From an archaeon (GTDB lineage Archaea; Iainarchaeota; Iainarchaeia; Iainarchaeales; 1-14-0-10-31-34), in the NCBI GenBank assembly GCA_024277355.1, contig JAJRVL010000009.1, forward strand, positions 27,580-59,579: a stretch of DNA of 32,000 nt. The letters are read 5' to 3'. Of this stretch, positions 30,584 through 32,000 are shown piece by piece. Position numbers and translations under genes: made by a program. How positions within the stretch are numbered: position 1 is the first letter of the stretch; each line of letters opens with the position of its first letter. Below the pieces are notes generated by a model that ran no database searches, was not told where the DNA came from, and was given only the letters and a program-made list of their open reading frames with translations.

Positions 30584-31414
30584 GTGAATGTCTTCCACTT
30601 CAATTCTAATTCTATTCTGGATAGACATATTTCGTTCATTGGATTCGGCAATATTTCTCAGGCTTTATGCAAGGGACTGCTTTCTATTGAAGTTAACTCA
30701 AAAAACATTTTTGTTTCTGATACTGATTTAAGTAAATTAAATAAAGCAAAAGAATTAAACTTAAATTCAAGTTTAGTTAATTCTGATGCCTTAAAGTTTG
30801 CTGAAATTATTTTTTTGTGTGTTAAACCAAATAAAACTTTAAGTGTATTAAAAGAAATTTCTGAATTTATTACTGAAAAACATTTAATTGTTTCTGTTGC
30901 AGCAGGAATTAATTTAAGTCAATTAAATAAAATTGTTTCCTGTAAAACTGCAAGAATAATGCCAAATATTCCTGTTTCTTTAGGAAAAGGAGTTATTGCT
31001 TGTTCATTTAATGAATTGTTTTCTGAAAAAGACAAAGAAATTATTTTTTCTGTTTTACAGAAACTTGGATTAATTTTTGAAATAAAAGAAAATAAATTTG
31101 ATTTAATTACTGCTGTTTCAGGTGCAGGAACTGCTTTTTGGGCGTTTATTGCAGAAAAAACAATTAATGCAGTTCAACTTCAGGGATTAAATGAAGAACA
31201 AGCAAGAAAACTTGTATTGCATTCAATTAACGGAATGGTTTCTTTTTTATTAAAAGAAAATTTAACTGAAAAAGAATTAATTAAAAAAGTTGCTTCTAAA
31301 GGAGGAGTAACTGAAACTGAATTAACTGTTTTAGAGAATTCTTCTTTGAGTTTAATTATTGAAGAAGCTTTAATTAAAGGAATAAAAAAATCAAGTGATT
31401 TAAATGAAAAGTAA
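30584..31414 (+). CDS. proC: pyrroline-5-carboxylate reductase
   Basis: Rossmann motif ISFIGFGNISQAL, then LCVKPN, ARIMPNIPVSLGKGV, AVSGAGTAFWAFIAE and VASKGGVTE (equivalent to the SPGGTT region). GTG start per the track; the exact start is uncertain. Confidence 0.8.
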   Translation: MNVFHFNSNSILDRHISFIGFGNISQALCKGLLSIEVNSKNIFVSDTDLSKLNKAKELNLNSSLVNSDALKFAEIIFLCVKPNKTLSVLKEISEFITEKHLIVSVAAGINLSQLNKIVSCKTARIMPNIPVSLGKGVIACSFNELFSEKDKEIIFSVLQKLGLIFEIKENKFDLITAVSGAGTAFWAFIAEKTINAVQLQGLNEEQARKLVLHSINGMVSFLLKENLTEKELIKKVASKGGVTETELTVLENSSLSLIIEEALIKGIKKSSDLNEK

Positions 31415-32000
31415 TGCAATTGTTTTAGCTGAAAAATTTGGAGCAAACAATTATGCGCCGTTGCCTGTAGTTTTAGTTAAAGCTAAAGGTTGCTGGACTA
31501 AAGATGAAAACGGAAAAAAATATTTTGATTGTTTAAGTGCTTATTCTGCTTTAAATCAAGGACACAATCATCCAAAAATAATTAATGCAGCAATAAATCA
31601 AATGCAAAAAATTACTTTGACTTCACGGGCATTTCATAATGTTTTGCTTGGAGATTTTTTGAAAGAATTAGTTAAAGTCAGTGGATTAAGTAAAGCTTTA
31701 CCAATGAATTCAGGAGCTGAAGCAGTTGAAACTGCAATTAAAGCAGCAAGAAAATGGGCTTATGAAATTAAAAAAATAAAAAAAATAAAGCAAACATTAT
31801 TGTATGCAAGAATAATTTTCATGGAAGAACTACAACTATTGTTGGTTTTTCTTCTGAAGAACAATACAGAAACGGTTTTGGTCCTTTTTGTGATGGATTT
31901 AAATTAATTGAATTTAATGACATTAAAGCATTAAAAAAAGCAATAAACAAAAATACAGCTGGTTTTTTGATTGAACCAATTCAAGGAGAAGGAGGAATAA
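31404..32000 (+). CDS. ornithine aminotransferase (class III PLP aminotransferase), 3'-truncated by the window and interrupted by a -1 frameshift near 31778-31786
   Basis: N-terminus FGANNYAPLPVVLVKAKGCWTKDENGKKYFDCLSAYSALNQGHNHPKI...LTLTSRAFHN...PMNSGAEAVETAIKAARKWAY resembles OAT. After the A8 run, homology continues only in the -1 frame (NIIVCKNNFHGRTTTIVGFSS...GFGPFCDGF...FLIEPIQGEGGI). The in-frame continuation is junk and stops at 31908. Confidence 0.8.

Noticed and set aside
1-32000. CRISPR arrays, transposases or IS elements, integrases
   Set aside because: No regularly spaced direct repeats and no ORF with DDE, tyrosine- or serine-recombinase motifs were seen on either strand.

Overview
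This is an AT-rich archaeal window. Low GC, Lys/Asn/Ile-rich proteins, ribosomal protein L40e, a COG1395-type regulator and a DGGGP-synthase-like UbiA suggest a DPANN-like lineage, but that lineage call is inference. Left (0.8-6.0 kb): a minus-strand rRNA operon, 16S - tRNA-Ala(UGC) - 23S. No 5S was seen. The spacers are hairpin-rich and carry a 32-nt perfect repeat. A divergent UbiA-family prenyltransferase follows, plus a 43-aa basic protein (eL41-like) that the ORF track misses. Middle (8.0-27.3 kb): an accessory/defence island. It holds a PRTase-fold protein, two tandem COG1373-like AAA ATPase paralogs with duplicated intergenic modules, a HEPN/MNT pair and a Cas4-like PD-(D/E)XK nuclease. 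It also holds an 11.5-kb co-directional minus-strand block: hsdR, RHH protein, hsdM, two unknown proteins, hsdS, a 727-aa protein with a FokI-type cleavage domain, a Zn-ribbon miniprotein and a GmrSD-like DUF262/DUF1524 enzyme. An orphan HNH nuclease, a membrane-tethered wHTH protein and a 59-aa membrane miniprotein complete the island. Right (27.7-32 kb): a membrane protein, tRNA-Glu(UUC) with a GC-rich structured flank, rpl40e (missed by the track), a second UbiA (DGGGP-synthase-like), a COG1395 HTH regulator, proC, and an ornithine aminotransferase broken by a -1 frameshift in an A8 run. The best candidates for something undescribed are (1) the two-gene cassette translationally embedded between hsdM and hsdS, and (2) the FokI-domain fusion protein plus Zn-ribbon miniprotein wired between the Type I system and the GmrSD-like enzyme. 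All calls come from reading the sequence and remembered family motifs; no database search was possible.
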